Shown: positions 30,501-39,802 of the stretch, one piece after another
Layout of the letters: every line of letters starts with the position of its first letter
Position numbering within the stretch: the first letter of the stretch is position 1
Source of the DNA: a virus
IMG/VR virus record: IMGVR_UViG_3300006750_000002
Span: 64,001-128,000 of that record
DNA: 64,000 bases
Strand: one strand, 5' to 3'
The notes under the pieces: model-generated
What the model saw: only the letters and a program-made list of their open reading frames with translations
The model's database searches: none
What the model was told of the DNA's origin: nothing
Made by a program: the position numbers and the translations under genes

Positions 30501-33500
30501 CTACCTATGGGGATACAGCTTTAGCAGCTAAAACCACATTAGATGATTGGGTTACTAGTTTAGGTACTGATTTCACAGGTAATGTTTACCATATGGGAGT
30601 CGCCACGGAAACGTGGTTAGAATGGGCTAGATATCCAATATCTGGTGGAACAATAAATTTAAAGCCTAGTCTTAACCCAGCAGTACATGCAGAGTTCGGC
30701 CCTTCTGGGCCGACCCAATACTTAGGTTTTAATGTATTCCCAGATGGTACGACATTTGGCACACCAACTAACCCTTCTGATGGTTTCCGTGGTTACTTAC
30801 CGATGACGGGAGTTAGTAGGGACGTATTAACAGTGTACTTTATTGATGAAGCTGGTTCATCAGTTGATGATGATGATGGCACTTATAATGCAAAATACCA
30901 TTATTTTCCAGATAAAGTGGTTTGTACTACCAAGTCTCCACCCGATGGTGCGGTTGTTGATTGGTCTGAGACCACTACTCCTTCCGCACTCACACAACCA
31001 TATCCTCTGTATGTGAAGCATTTTGATGAGTTTATGGACGCCTTTAATAATTACAATAGTTTTAAAGGTTTTGTGTACCCTATAATTTATAGTAATAATA
31101 ACTTTCACAATAATTTTCCATTACATGTGTATGGTGCATTAAGTACTAGTACGGTTTTACTTAGTGATTTAGTGGAAAACCCTACAGTTACCGCAGCTGG
31201 TGGTTCATTAAGTGCTATTACACTAACTAACCCATATACGGGACTTACTGGTACTAATGACACTACGGCTTATACTGGACCAGGTTTAGAAAACTTTGGT
31301 TTTGGTGCTAATTATAGTTTAGGGGCCACCGCCTGTAACGGTTTGATTTGTGGGGACATTGGTTTTAACACTAGTTGTATAAGACCTTTACAGTCCGGTG
31401 GTTTAGTGGATAGCACTGCATTTTTCACAGGGCCTCGATTTCAAGAAGACCTTTTAGAGTTTCTACAAGGTAATGCAGGTGGTGCAGCTTTTTCATTATT
31501 AACATGTGAAATATGTGTCCCCATATGTTACCAAGAAAGTACTGATAGGCCAGGTACAGCACCTCCTTGGAGTTTCGGTGTGGGGTACAACTACGGCGAT
31601 ACGGTATTATTCGAAGGTAACATATATATTTGGCAAGGTGAGGATGGAATATCTGGCCAGGAACCCGACTCATCAGATAATTGGGTAATGTTACCACCAC
31701 CAGGTTGTGTACCATTTTTAGGGGGTAATAATTTTAGGCTCCACGACGATTGTGCCGATTTTAGTGTTATACCAGGAAATCCAGAAGTCTCTGGAACCAC
31801 TATCACAACCTACCCAGAAATATTTAAAGATGGGATATCCAACATTGGGGCACAAGATTGTTTTGAATCCCAATACATGTCTTGTGAAGAATTAACAAAC
31901 CCGTGTGGTTGTAAGGAAACCTATGGTCAATTTGATATTTCTACCGTCTTTTTTGAGGTAGGAGACGTGGTATGCTGTCCAACAGGTGGGCAGGCGTGGA
32001 TTAGACTCATGGATGCGAAGTACTGTCAGGATAAAGAGCCATTTATTGGGGGACTTTGTGACACCTCACCATCCGTAGATAGTAAATGTTGGAGACTATG
32101 TGATAGTGAAAATTCTGGAGCAGGGTTGACCAGTGGTGGTAGAAAAGGGGAAAGTAAAGAAAGGGTATTAAGAAAATACAGTCCTTTCTTCTCTAATTAT
32201 CTAGACCCATGTGACCCCGAAATAGCCCCACCTGATGATGATTGTGGTTGTGAGAATGTAGCGGAGAAGAATCTAGATTTAGATTTTTACCTAATTGAAC
32301 CTTCAGGTACTCCACCCTCCGTTTTAAATTTTGTTATGGCTGAGGAGTTTGGCAATTCGGAATGGACCACCTCATTAACTGCTGCGGGAAGAGACACCCA
32401 AATCTACAAAGCTGAAATTAATGTGTGTAATTTAGGGGATAAGTTTACACATTATTTTAGAGTATACCATTTGGAAGGAGCGGTTCCAGGGGAGCACGGA
32501 GAGACTACCTACGGTGACTACAAGATTGATTTTAACGTAAACCCAAACTGTAACATAGAATTTTATTACGCCGTTACAAGAAGTGATACAAGACTTTATA
32601 TGCATATCCCCCCAGCTACTATGGTCAACGCCACTATAGAAATAGTAAACAACCCCCTCGTCGGTAGTAACATATTAAGTGACAACATCGATGCTAGTGA
32701 CGGCATTAATGGTTTAACATCACTAACCTTCCGATTAGGGTCACAGGGGAGTAGTGACCCATTCATATACCATCTTTTTAGGGCACCAGACAGCAATCAC
32801 TTAACAGATAATGGTGCCAACTTGAGTCAGGGAGACATAACCCCTCGGGACCGTTATTGGGGGTTATGTACTACAACTGAGTATAAGTTCCGGAATGTCA
32901 CTTGTATGTATGGGGCTTTAAGTGATGTAGAACTAAACAGTATAGTGGGTGAGACAATAGATGGAACATCTGATTATAGGTTTAATTGGGAAATGGAGCT
33001 CTCTTGTGAAGGAAACGAGACCACAAACTTAACATTTACAGTTAACCTAATACCAGATGCAGAACAGAGTGGACGAGGTGGTAATGTTAGGGACATTGGC
33101 AACTCCATTATAGGCACACCACTCCAACCAGGTGTCGGGGGTAAGAGTCTCAGTGTCGGGGGAGTCTCCCAACCAATGCCTCCTACACGTAAGAGGTTAT
33201 ACACCACTTACAACGCACCGTTTTCTAACGTAGGTGGAGGGACCGACATGTCCTCCCCTATTATAAATCAAAACGAAAGTGCTGCGGAAAAAACAATCTC
33301 CATTTCTAATATTCAAAATAGTGGTAACTTAACTAGGATACCTATAAGTGAAACCATAACAGACATTAACAAAGACATTGATATTGACAATTATAAAGTA
33401 ATTAGTAGTGAAATGTTTATTGTCCGTAACACCAACCCATTACAAAAAAATAGAGTTGTTAATTATAATTTCCCTCAATTTGTGATAGATTTGAAAGATG

Positions 33501-35959
33501 GGAGAACCTATGAAACTTTCATAGATAATGGCATAAAGAGAGTTAAATTAACTTGGTTAGATGATTTTACTAAAAACAGTAAAAGTAAAATTAATATAGA
33601 ATTTATTAGTAAAGAAAATAAAAAGAGGTTTGAACAAGATTTAAAACTTAAGAATATTGGGCAGGGGGTAGAGTTTTTACCTCATTACACACCTCAAAAT
33701 ACACGACCACAATCCACCGTTGGGAAGACTACATTTGTTGACTTAAGAGATTGGGCTACGAGAAGTTTAGGTAATGTGGATGATTTTTCTAATTCACGCA
33801 TCATATATGGTAGTGATAACTTGGTAAAAAGATTTGAAATAGGACCAACATTTACAACACACCTCGCCAATTCACAATATAAGGTTGGGTTGGTACCTAT
33901 AGGTGACCCCAAGACAGAGTTTTTAGTTTCGACTATGGGTTCGTTTGACGACTATTTAAAAAACCAAACAGGAACTACTAGTAGTGCGATTACCATAACA
34001 TTAAGTGGGGTAAGTGGATACTATTCGGGGTATACTAATTTAAGTGGGTATACTAATAACGAAGGTTTAAATTTAAGCCCTGACTTTGTTTTCGATATTT
34101 CATTATTAGACAATAAAATGTCATTACGTTCAGGGATAGCTCTTTCTGACCCTACTTTTTCTGAAACACGACAAGTGGATGGTATAATATCTGGTGATTT
34201 TAAGTTAATTGGTGACCGTAGAAACTTACGTCCAGCTATTCCCACAGGATTATTAAATGAGGACGACCAATTATTTTTATTACCTCGAGAAGATGTGGCC
34301 ACGGGAGGGAACTATTTCTCTTATAAAGTACCTAAAACACAAAAGTATAGGGTACAATATAAGAGCTGTATTAATTTTGAATATTTTGATGAGGGGTGGT
34401 GCACATATTTAGACACGTTTAGAACACAAAGTAATAATCTTTTTCCTGTAAATGATTATGATTTTAAACAACTTATAAATTCTAGTATTATATACGCGGG
34501 TGGAAGCCTAACCGCACCAAATGATTTCAATGAAGGCAATGTGGTTAATGATTCATACGCCTCATTAGGTATAACAAATAAGTTATGTCCTATTTTTGGT
34601 TATAACCCCAATAATGGAATTAAAGATTTTTACATTAATGTTTATGTGGAGAGACAACTGTCAGGAACAACCGCTACTACGGTGATTGGTAATTACATTA
34701 TAGGTAATAACTCAACACAATACCCTAACGCTAATGATTACCTCACCCTACCTTTAAACCAATCAGATAAGTTCACTAATCTTTACGAATGTTCTGGATT
34801 AACTTCCACGACTAAAATATTTGAAAAGAAATTCATACCATATATTGATACTGGATGTATTGAATTGAATAAAGATGATGAGATTAGATTAAGGATAAAT
34901 TTGGAATGGGAAAATACCACTAAAAATAATAGTATATTAACAAGTAGTGGTCTTACAGCGTCCACCATCTCCTTAAAAGTGGGGACAGATTATGACCCTA
35001 TTACACCAGAAAGGCCATGGTTCAGGGTTATTAATAAAGAATGTAATGTAGGTGAGGGTAACGCTTATTTATATTGGCAAGCTAATGAAACTGGACCTGT
35101 TTCAGGTGAATTATTTTCTAATGGGACCAGAGTACCACCTACCGAGGGAAGTGAGGTAGGTAAACTAATCTTCGTGACCAAAGGAGACGTATTGGGTTAC
35201 ATAACCCCAAATATTCGTGTTAACAACTTACAAAATTTAAATTATTTTGACACACCAGATGTTAAAAACTACAGTGGTAATTTAAAGTTAATACCTACGA
35301 GTAAGAAGACTAATAGGTGGGTAGAAAGTTTAGAGAAAAATAGAATAAAGGATTTTAGAATAAATTCATCTAAAGTATTAAATGTAGATAAAGATATGGA
35401 GATTCTGTGGAATGTACCTGTTCCAGTACAAGATAATGTTGAAAGCATTAGTTTAGACGACCCACAATACACCTATATGGTAGAGTCCAGAGTTAAGGTA
35501 AAAGGAACGACAAATACCTTTACCATTCTCAATACTTATAAGCCTGAAATTAAATCAGACACTATTAAAGATATTAAAGTAAACTCTTCTGGGTTAGTCG
35601 CACCAGAAAGCATTACATATACTTCTTCAAGACCTTTAGAAGAGAGAACTATAGGCTTTGAAAACAGTAATACTATAATTAGAGAAAGAGTGGTAGCGAT
35701 AGAGAGTGTGATATATGATAAAAATACCCCAACTGCTGATAACGAAAGGACACAATACTGTAAATGTGGTGATTCTTCTTATATAGCGGTACCTTCTGAT
35801 AGCACGGTAGGGTGTAATAGATGGTGTTGTGTTAATAGTTACCAGAATTCCACATATTATCCATGTGGGGAAAAAACAATAAATGAATGGGCGGAGGGCC
35901 TAAATCTTACACGAGTAGTGATGCCTGCACCCACAAATGGAATAATAAGAAGATTATAA
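27500..35959 (+). CDS. giant baseplate/tail protein (gp7 / tail protein I-like core, vWA-like and CBM5/12-like domains)
   Basis: 2819 aa uninterrupted; LLKNFAQTLGW...YRRLLANTAYLFKSKGTRRGIEFMLRFVG is a wedge/tail-protein-I type motif; WSFGVGYNYGDTVLFEGNIY...GQEPDSSDNW. Confidence 0.65.
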   Translation: MATIYNNNSLIPGNGADVFGDKLVGNQFVDGVSQFTLGNFEIKSNNNQKDSRDFSLGNFSEPISLETLNITSPEESRIIASNRLEVFINYNRSNVTNFTLYGSLRERLRVAVTNIVKNFPAAVIFKKTRTWLDYLSGETATNINYDPNINKTNLNLNVLNAYNPFNIEYSINGNVYTDPNVSPLRNLTLEYEKYSLFYGDKEYPLTFLRPTTGTSNTGVIRVVVEGDPFSGTSTTSETFYIRPNTLTTEEVFDSMEDMEKFLVERTTNPIYTATFDQPRETSTGSIIKSSVSVTWPSSDNWNLIIDGSLFTSYLRQLYDIADTYDSYKTNLVSRFLTTASLKEFDTYDEKVDKILKIYGRSFDQIKKYIDGLAYMATTTYDGLDNIPNELLKNFAQTLGWKTPSAIKNEGLLDSMFKRNTTTEYEGLAQNQTPTELNYELYRRLLANTAYLFKSKGTRRGIEFMLRFVGAPEALIEFNEHVYVAGQPLNMKNFKDYSLKISGGTYTEEVPVFDTYFSAATGTFPPIVITGYTFGYETVTQTTNIIPEALPVDKEGYPTVPRYGEDSYFQSGAGWFEETIEHQGKKVIDYKTSVFTGNTPFIKTKLNQFSYGEPYLQLYRKFPDSKLGFPIVRTVDNKKSWVRKDSHQRRYLNLPDSGTNYQTENDKLVVNVKNVDIFLNIGQGLEWDVWNFSKKYSCPFGPNALSSPYPGVGGPDWTEIVADASKLSFFEFAQKFWTVLINVKNRLTIDDGHAGGYPTLLSIYLDYLKSDQTCGIPSNQYTYEKMVAYVENMGDYWVRLLEQLVPSTTIWQGGIKYENSIFHRYKYAYKHEPLCNDLECFGSFVNCCYPITNNILVDAVKECGGLAFSGATWQNKITLGGTVYTGNTYYSSTTITDIPSTDIWLNDMVSIVSGITADVTDPNHVLTYYLINDNNTPVGIPIDQPNCIVIQGPCSGGTDLWNYNNGSQPNCFKSDICLNLQTTQAAPLPNGTDIWAFYDTTSTYGDTALAAKTTLDDWVTSLGTDFTGNVYHMGVATETWLEWARYPISGGTINLKPSLNPAVHAEFGPSGPTQYLGFNVFPDGTTFGTPTNPSDGFRGYLPMTGVSRDVLTVYFIDEAGSSVDDDDGTYNAKYHYFPDKVVCTTKSPPDGAVVDWSETTTPSALTQPYPLYVKHFDEFMDAFNNYNSFKGFVYPIIYSNNNFHNNFPLHVYGALSTSTVLLSDLVENPTVTAAGGSLSAITLTNPYTGLTGTNDTTAYTGPGLENFGFGANYSLGATACNGLICGDIGFNTSCIRPLQSGGLVDSTAFFTGPRFQEDLLEFLQGNAGGAAFSLLTCEICVPICYQESTDRPGTAPPWSFGVGYNYGDTVLFEGNIYIWQGEDGISGQEPDSSDNWVMLPPPGCVPFLGGNNFRLHDDCADFSVIPGNPEVSGTTITTYPEIFKDGISNIGAQDCFESQYMSCEELTNPCGCKETYGQFDISTVFFEVGDVVCCPTGGQAWIRLMDAKYCQDKEPFIGGLCDTSPSVDSKCWRLCDSENSGAGLTSGGRKGESKERVLRKYSPFFSNYLDPCDPEIAPPDDDCGCENVAEKNLDLDFYLIEPSGTPPSVLNFVMAEEFGNSEWTTSLTAAGRDTQIYKAEINVCNLGDKFTHYFRVYHLEGAVPGEHGETTYGDYKIDFNVNPNCNIEFYYAVTRSDTRLYMHIPPATMVNATIEIVNNPLVGSNILSDNIDASDGINGLTSLTFRLGSQGSSDPFIYHLFRAPDSNHLTDNGANLSQGDITPRDRYWGLCTTTEYKFRNVTCMYGALSDVELNSIVGETIDGTSDYRFNWEMELSCEGNETTNLTFTVNLIPDAEQSGRGGNVRDIGNSIIGTPLQPGVGGKSLSVGGVSQPMPPTRKRLYTTYNAPFSNVGGGTDMSSPIINQNESAAEKTISISNIQNSGNLTRIPISETITDINKDIDIDNYKVISSEMFIVRNTNPLQKNRVVNYNFPQFVIDLKDGRTYETFIDNGIKRVKLTWLDDFTKNSKSKINIEFISKENKKRFEQDLKLKNIGQGVEFLPHYTPQNTRPQSTVGKTTFVDLRDWATRSLGNVDDFSNSRIIYGSDNLVKRFEIGPTFTTHLANSQYKVGLVPIGDPKTEFLVSTMGSFDDYLKNQTGTTSSAITITLSGVSGYYSGYTNLSGYTNNEGLNLSPDFVFDISLLDNKMSLRSGIALSDPTFSETRQVDGIISGDFKLIGDRRNLRPAIPTGLLNEDDQLFLLPREDVATGGNYFSYKVPKTQKYRVQYKSCINFEYFDEGWCTYLDTFRTQSNNLFPVNDYDFKQLINSSIIYAGGSLTAPNDFNEGNVVNDSYASLGITNKLCPIFGYNPNNGIKDFYINVYVERQLSGTTATTVIGNYIIGNNSTQYPNANDYLTLPLNQSDKFTNLYECSGLTSTTKIFEKKFIPYIDTGCIELNKDDEIRLRINLEWENTTKNNSILTSSGLTASTISLKVGTDYDPITPERPWFRVINKECNVGEGNAYLYWQANETGPVSGELFSNGTRVPPTEGSEVGKLIFVTKGDVLGYITPNIRVNNLQNLNYFDTPDVKNYSGNLKLIPTSKKTNRWVESLEKNRIKDFRINSSKVLNVDKDMEILWNVPVPVQDNVESISLDDPQYTYMVESRVKVKGTTNTFTILNTYKPEIKSDTIKDIKVNSSGLVAPESITYTSSRPLEERTIGFENSNTIIRERVVAIESVIYDKNTPTADNERTQYCKCGDSSYIAVPSDSTVGCNRWCCVNSYQNSTYYPCGEKTINEWAEGLNLTRVVMPAPTNGIIRRL

Positions 35960-35960
35960 C

Positions 35961-38900
35961 ATGGGTACTTATTTTACTAATGATTTTGAATTAAATAAAT
36001 GTAGTAGTCCCGGCTATCCTTTTTTAGTGGGCTGGGACCAAACTAACACAGTAGAAAACGCGGTATCAAGTTGCAATGGTTCGATAACTAATCTTACTTT
36101 TTCAGGAGGTACTCCTCCTTATAGTTTTAAGTTAACGTATCCTGATATTGTTGTGGGACCACCAAAAACGGGAATCACCACTAATTTTGTGGGATTATGT
36201 GCTGGTCAATATACAGCACAAACAACTGATTCTTTATATTCTTCTACCACTAGTTTCATAACAATTTTACCTTTAACTGCGGGAACATTAACCGCTGGTG
36301 TGGTGGACACTAGTTGTGAGTCTAACATAAATGATTTTTGTACTATAGAGGTTAGTGGGTTCACACACTCATCTGATAATTTTACCTATCTTTTATATAA
36401 GGACAATAATCTTTATAATACCTACCAAGGAAGTAATGGGGAAGAAAATCACGTATTTTCTAATCTTACTCATGGTAACTATACTTTAACCGCGTATGAT
36501 GGGAATAGTGCGTCCTACTCAAGCCAAAAGACAGAGTTATGTACTTGTTTAAATGGGTACACCTTAGACTCATCTAATGTATTTGGATATACGGGACTTT
36601 CCACCACTAATATTGCAGAAGAATGGAGGCAATATAACTTATTTAATGACTATAAAATTATATTTAGAACCGTTTTGGGACCACACTTACTGCCTCCATT
36701 TAATACTAATCCAAACAATATTGTTTTTGAGTCTGGAATAGACCCAGATGGCACAATAAGGGTAGATGACCCTTATTGTTGGTTATACACGGGAAAAACG
36801 TCAACAAGGAAAACTGAAAATACTGTAGATTGGTATTTGGGAGCTTACAATTTGACTATGGAAGATGGTGACGATGTAGGTCCAGCGGGATATAGTCTAG
36901 CTGCGGATGTTGGAACATTTTACTACAACACCACCATAAACAAATTTGTAATTAACTGGAGGCCGTTCCTAACTCCTAACACTTGGATAACCATAAACGC
37001 TACCACTAATAGGGGTCAAAATGTTTTCCCTATTTCTAGTAGTGTGGGTCTTACAGGGGCAACTGCATATAACTCGATAGCTCTCGGAACTGTTAATGAA
37101 GTAGGGTATACCGTTACGGGTAGTACAATGGACGCGATTCAATGGGACCACATCGCTATGGGAGACGATACTTTAGAGCTGACGAACCCATGGCCTTTTA
37201 CCAATAGTAATATACCCATGTTATTTGCTAGTACGTGTAAGTATATGAATTACGTACATGAATTGTCTTTAGGGTCTTCCTTCGCTGATGACGACACTAT
37301 AGGTGTTATATTAGCTACTTTTATCGATAGTGATGGTTTATATGGTCCAAAAGGAACACCACACCAATTAACCCTACACTTTAATACTACGAGTACGGAC
37401 GGTGATAATGTAACTATTGAGTATAATTCCCAAGGAAATTCATCATATGCGTTTTCAATAGATGGTAGACAAACTACAAATTGTGGTTATGAGACCAAGA
37501 TGGGGTGTAGTACTGTCACGGGCATCACCCCTATAACGGGAATTAGTACCACTATATTAAGTAATAATATAGATAAATCTCCATTTAGTTATGGTAATTA
37601 TGATGGACAAGGTACGCCATATGTGAGAATAGAACGTTCTGGCAATTTGGGAGAAAAGTTTAATATCCAAATGACAGACACTATCACTAGTGTAAAAGTG
37701 GGGACCCCACAGACCTTTAATAGTGACTATGAGATAAACTTTAATTTATTAGATAAAAGTACCTGGGTCGGTAATGGTAGAAATGCTGCTTACTACGCGA
37801 ATGAAAAAGATTTATATAAGTTTCTAGGTTCCCAGAGTGTTGGGTATCACCAGGCTTCACAACCGGACTGTTATTTTTATAATATAAACTTTACAGGTAC
37901 CCAGAGTAATTATTTATTTAAGGATTTAAAGTTTGGTGGGAGTAGTACTTTACAATTTCCTTTAGGTAACCCAAACCTACAAGGGGTAGAAGCTTCTAAC
38001 AATCGGGAACTTAACTTTTATGCGTCATTGAGTGGTGGTGGGAACATTGGGGACCCCACGGTACCTAAAGTAAGTCCCCAAGCTAGTGTTAGGTTACAAA
38101 CCACCGAAATTCCTCTTATGACGACCACTGGGGGGACTAAGATTAGTGCGACAACAGACACATATGTTCTTTACAACCCACAAAGTTTTGTTAATAACCA
38201 AGTAGAGCCGTGTACAGAGTTTAATTTTACGTGGACTAAAAACACTACTGACCTTATTAATGGTAATATGGTCCCATATTATTCCGTACACCCTTATATT
38301 CCAGAACAAAAAGCTTTTTCTATGACGCCCTCGTTCACTAGGGTATTCGACAACCCTATGGGGAGGAAATTAATACTAACCTCAAATAACCAGGTAATTG
38401 GTGAAGGGGTAGAAGCAACTGACTGTATTAGATTGGGTAGTTTAGGTGAGGGTTCAGAATTCATTATAAAACCTAATTATATATTTAAAAATAAATTAAA
38501 TGATTTAAACTGTACCTCATGTAATTGTACAGCACCTCCTATAAGTGGGACTACAAAAGAAATTACAAATACGGAAGTGTGGTACGATACTTTTGACCCC
38601 CGTCCTGACCTAAAGATAGTAGGTAACGAAGATTCTACTGGCATATTTAGTTGGAATTGTGATGGTAAAATTAACACCAGAGATTATGGTTTGTATGATA
38701 GTACCACTGATTTTTACTTCTTAAAAGTCCCAGAAATAGGGACGGTGGATTTGGAAACTAATGATATTAGGTACGCTACTAATGATTCGTGTGGAAACCT
38801 ATATACCCAACAAGTAGAGGTACAAGAAGTATTTAATTCTGGGGGTACCAACATATTTAGTGGGACCACCACCTTACCTATTGTTATTTCAGGTACTCCG

Positions 38901-39761
38901 TTCACAATAACTTTAAATTTTGTAGGTAATGGTCCTCTCCAGGTGACCTTAAATGGTTTAACGTTATTCGCGTCTCAGGCTGAAGATTTATCGGACGGCG
39001 GGGACTATTATTTTGATGGGAACTCACAAGTTAAATTTAGGGTGGATACAGTACAACCTGACGATGTAATTAATATCATATACACCCCTGGAAGTTTTTC
39101 TAGGTCTTATTATTACGATAGTTATATTGTTCCCGCTACTATACCTATTGTTAGTGGTGGTACTAGTGCGGGGGGAAATGTTCTTTATACTAATGGGTAT
39201 TATTATTATTTACGTACCACACACACACCCTTAGGTGATATAGGGTTAACACTCAATGGAACAGTCTTATCACCTAATAGTGATTATACTTTAATAAGTG
39301 ATAATGTCGTACAATTTACAGGACTCCAATATCCTGGAGGTTTAACTGAGAATGATTTAATAGGGCAATTTTATTTTACCCATTTTAACTTACTAGGTGT
39401 CTCGGGAGTTAGGAACCCGAAAATCACTGTCATTGCACCTAGAAGTGCTTACTACACTTATGAGTTATTACTAGTTGTTAGAAACTCGGCAGACAGTATA
39501 GTTTATACTGAAACCCAAACCTGCCCACCACAGACGAGTGTCGACAAAATACCTCTAATGAAAACTTTTACCGTACAAACACCAGCACCTGGTGAGTTTA
39601 GTTATAATATAGTGACAACGAGTATATATACTTTAATAAATGGCGACACTATTAGTAACTCCGTAACTTCGAAAACCTATAACTTTTCTATTACTCCAGC
39701 TATATTTTATGATGAAAGTAAGAGAACACCAATAAACAGAACAACAAGTAGTGGGTATTAA
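35961..39761 (+). CDS. tail fibre / receptor-binding-like protein with SprB-like repeats
   Basis: 1266 aa, Thr/Ser/Gly/Asn-rich; CNGSITNLTFSGGTPPYSF...GLCAGQYTAQTTDS; two C-terminal VTLNGLTL...GDYYF / LTLNGTVL...SDYTL modules. Confidence 0.55.
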   Translation: MGTYFTNDFELNKCSSPGYPFLVGWDQTNTVENAVSSCNGSITNLTFSGGTPPYSFKLTYPDIVVGPPKTGITTNFVGLCAGQYTAQTTDSLYSSTTSFITILPLTAGTLTAGVVDTSCESNINDFCTIEVSGFTHSSDNFTYLLYKDNNLYNTYQGSNGEENHVFSNLTHGNYTLTAYDGNSASYSSQKTELCTCLNGYTLDSSNVFGYTGLSTTNIAEEWRQYNLFNDYKIIFRTVLGPHLLPPFNTNPNNIVFESGIDPDGTIRVDDPYCWLYTGKTSTRKTENTVDWYLGAYNLTMEDGDDVGPAGYSLAADVGTFYYNTTINKFVINWRPFLTPNTWITINATTNRGQNVFPISSSVGLTGATAYNSIALGTVNEVGYTVTGSTMDAIQWDHIAMGDDTLELTNPWPFTNSNIPMLFASTCKYMNYVHELSLGSSFADDDTIGVILATFIDSDGLYGPKGTPHQLTLHFNTTSTDGDNVTIEYNSQGNSSYAFSIDGRQTTNCGYETKMGCSTVTGITPITGISTTILSNNIDKSPFSYGNYDGQGTPYVRIERSGNLGEKFNIQMTDTITSVKVGTPQTFNSDYEINFNLLDKSTWVGNGRNAAYYANEKDLYKFLGSQSVGYHQASQPDCYFYNINFTGTQSNYLFKDLKFGGSSTLQFPLGNPNLQGVEASNNRELNFYASLSGGGNIGDPTVPKVSPQASVRLQTTEIPLMTTTGGTKISATTDTYVLYNPQSFVNNQVEPCTEFNFTWTKNTTDLINGNMVPYYSVHPYIPEQKAFSMTPSFTRVFDNPMGRKLILTSNNQVIGEGVEATDCIRLGSLGEGSEFIIKPNYIFKNKLNDLNCTSCNCTAPPISGTTKEITNTEVWYDTFDPRPDLKIVGNEDSTGIFSWNCDGKINTRDYGLYDSTTDFYFLKVPEIGTVDLETNDIRYATNDSCGNLYTQQVEVQEVFNSGGTNIFSGTTTLPIVISGTPFTITLNFVGNGPLQVTLNGLTLFASQAEDLSDGGDYYFDGNSQVKFRVDTVQPDDVINIIYTPGSFSRSYYYDSYIVPATIPIVSGGTSAGGNVLYTNGYYYYLRTTHTPLGDIGLTLNGTVLSPNSDYTLISDNVVQFTGLQYPGGLTENDLIGQFYFTHFNLLGVSGVRNPKITVIAPRSAYYTYELLLVVRNSADSIVYTETQTCPPQTSVDKIPLMKTFTVQTPAPGEFSYNIVTTSIYTLINGDTISNSVTSKTYNFSITPAIFYDESKRTPINRTTSSGY

Positions 39762-39802
39762 CATTAAAACCACTAACATTAATATTTATAAATAAAAAAA
39801 CA

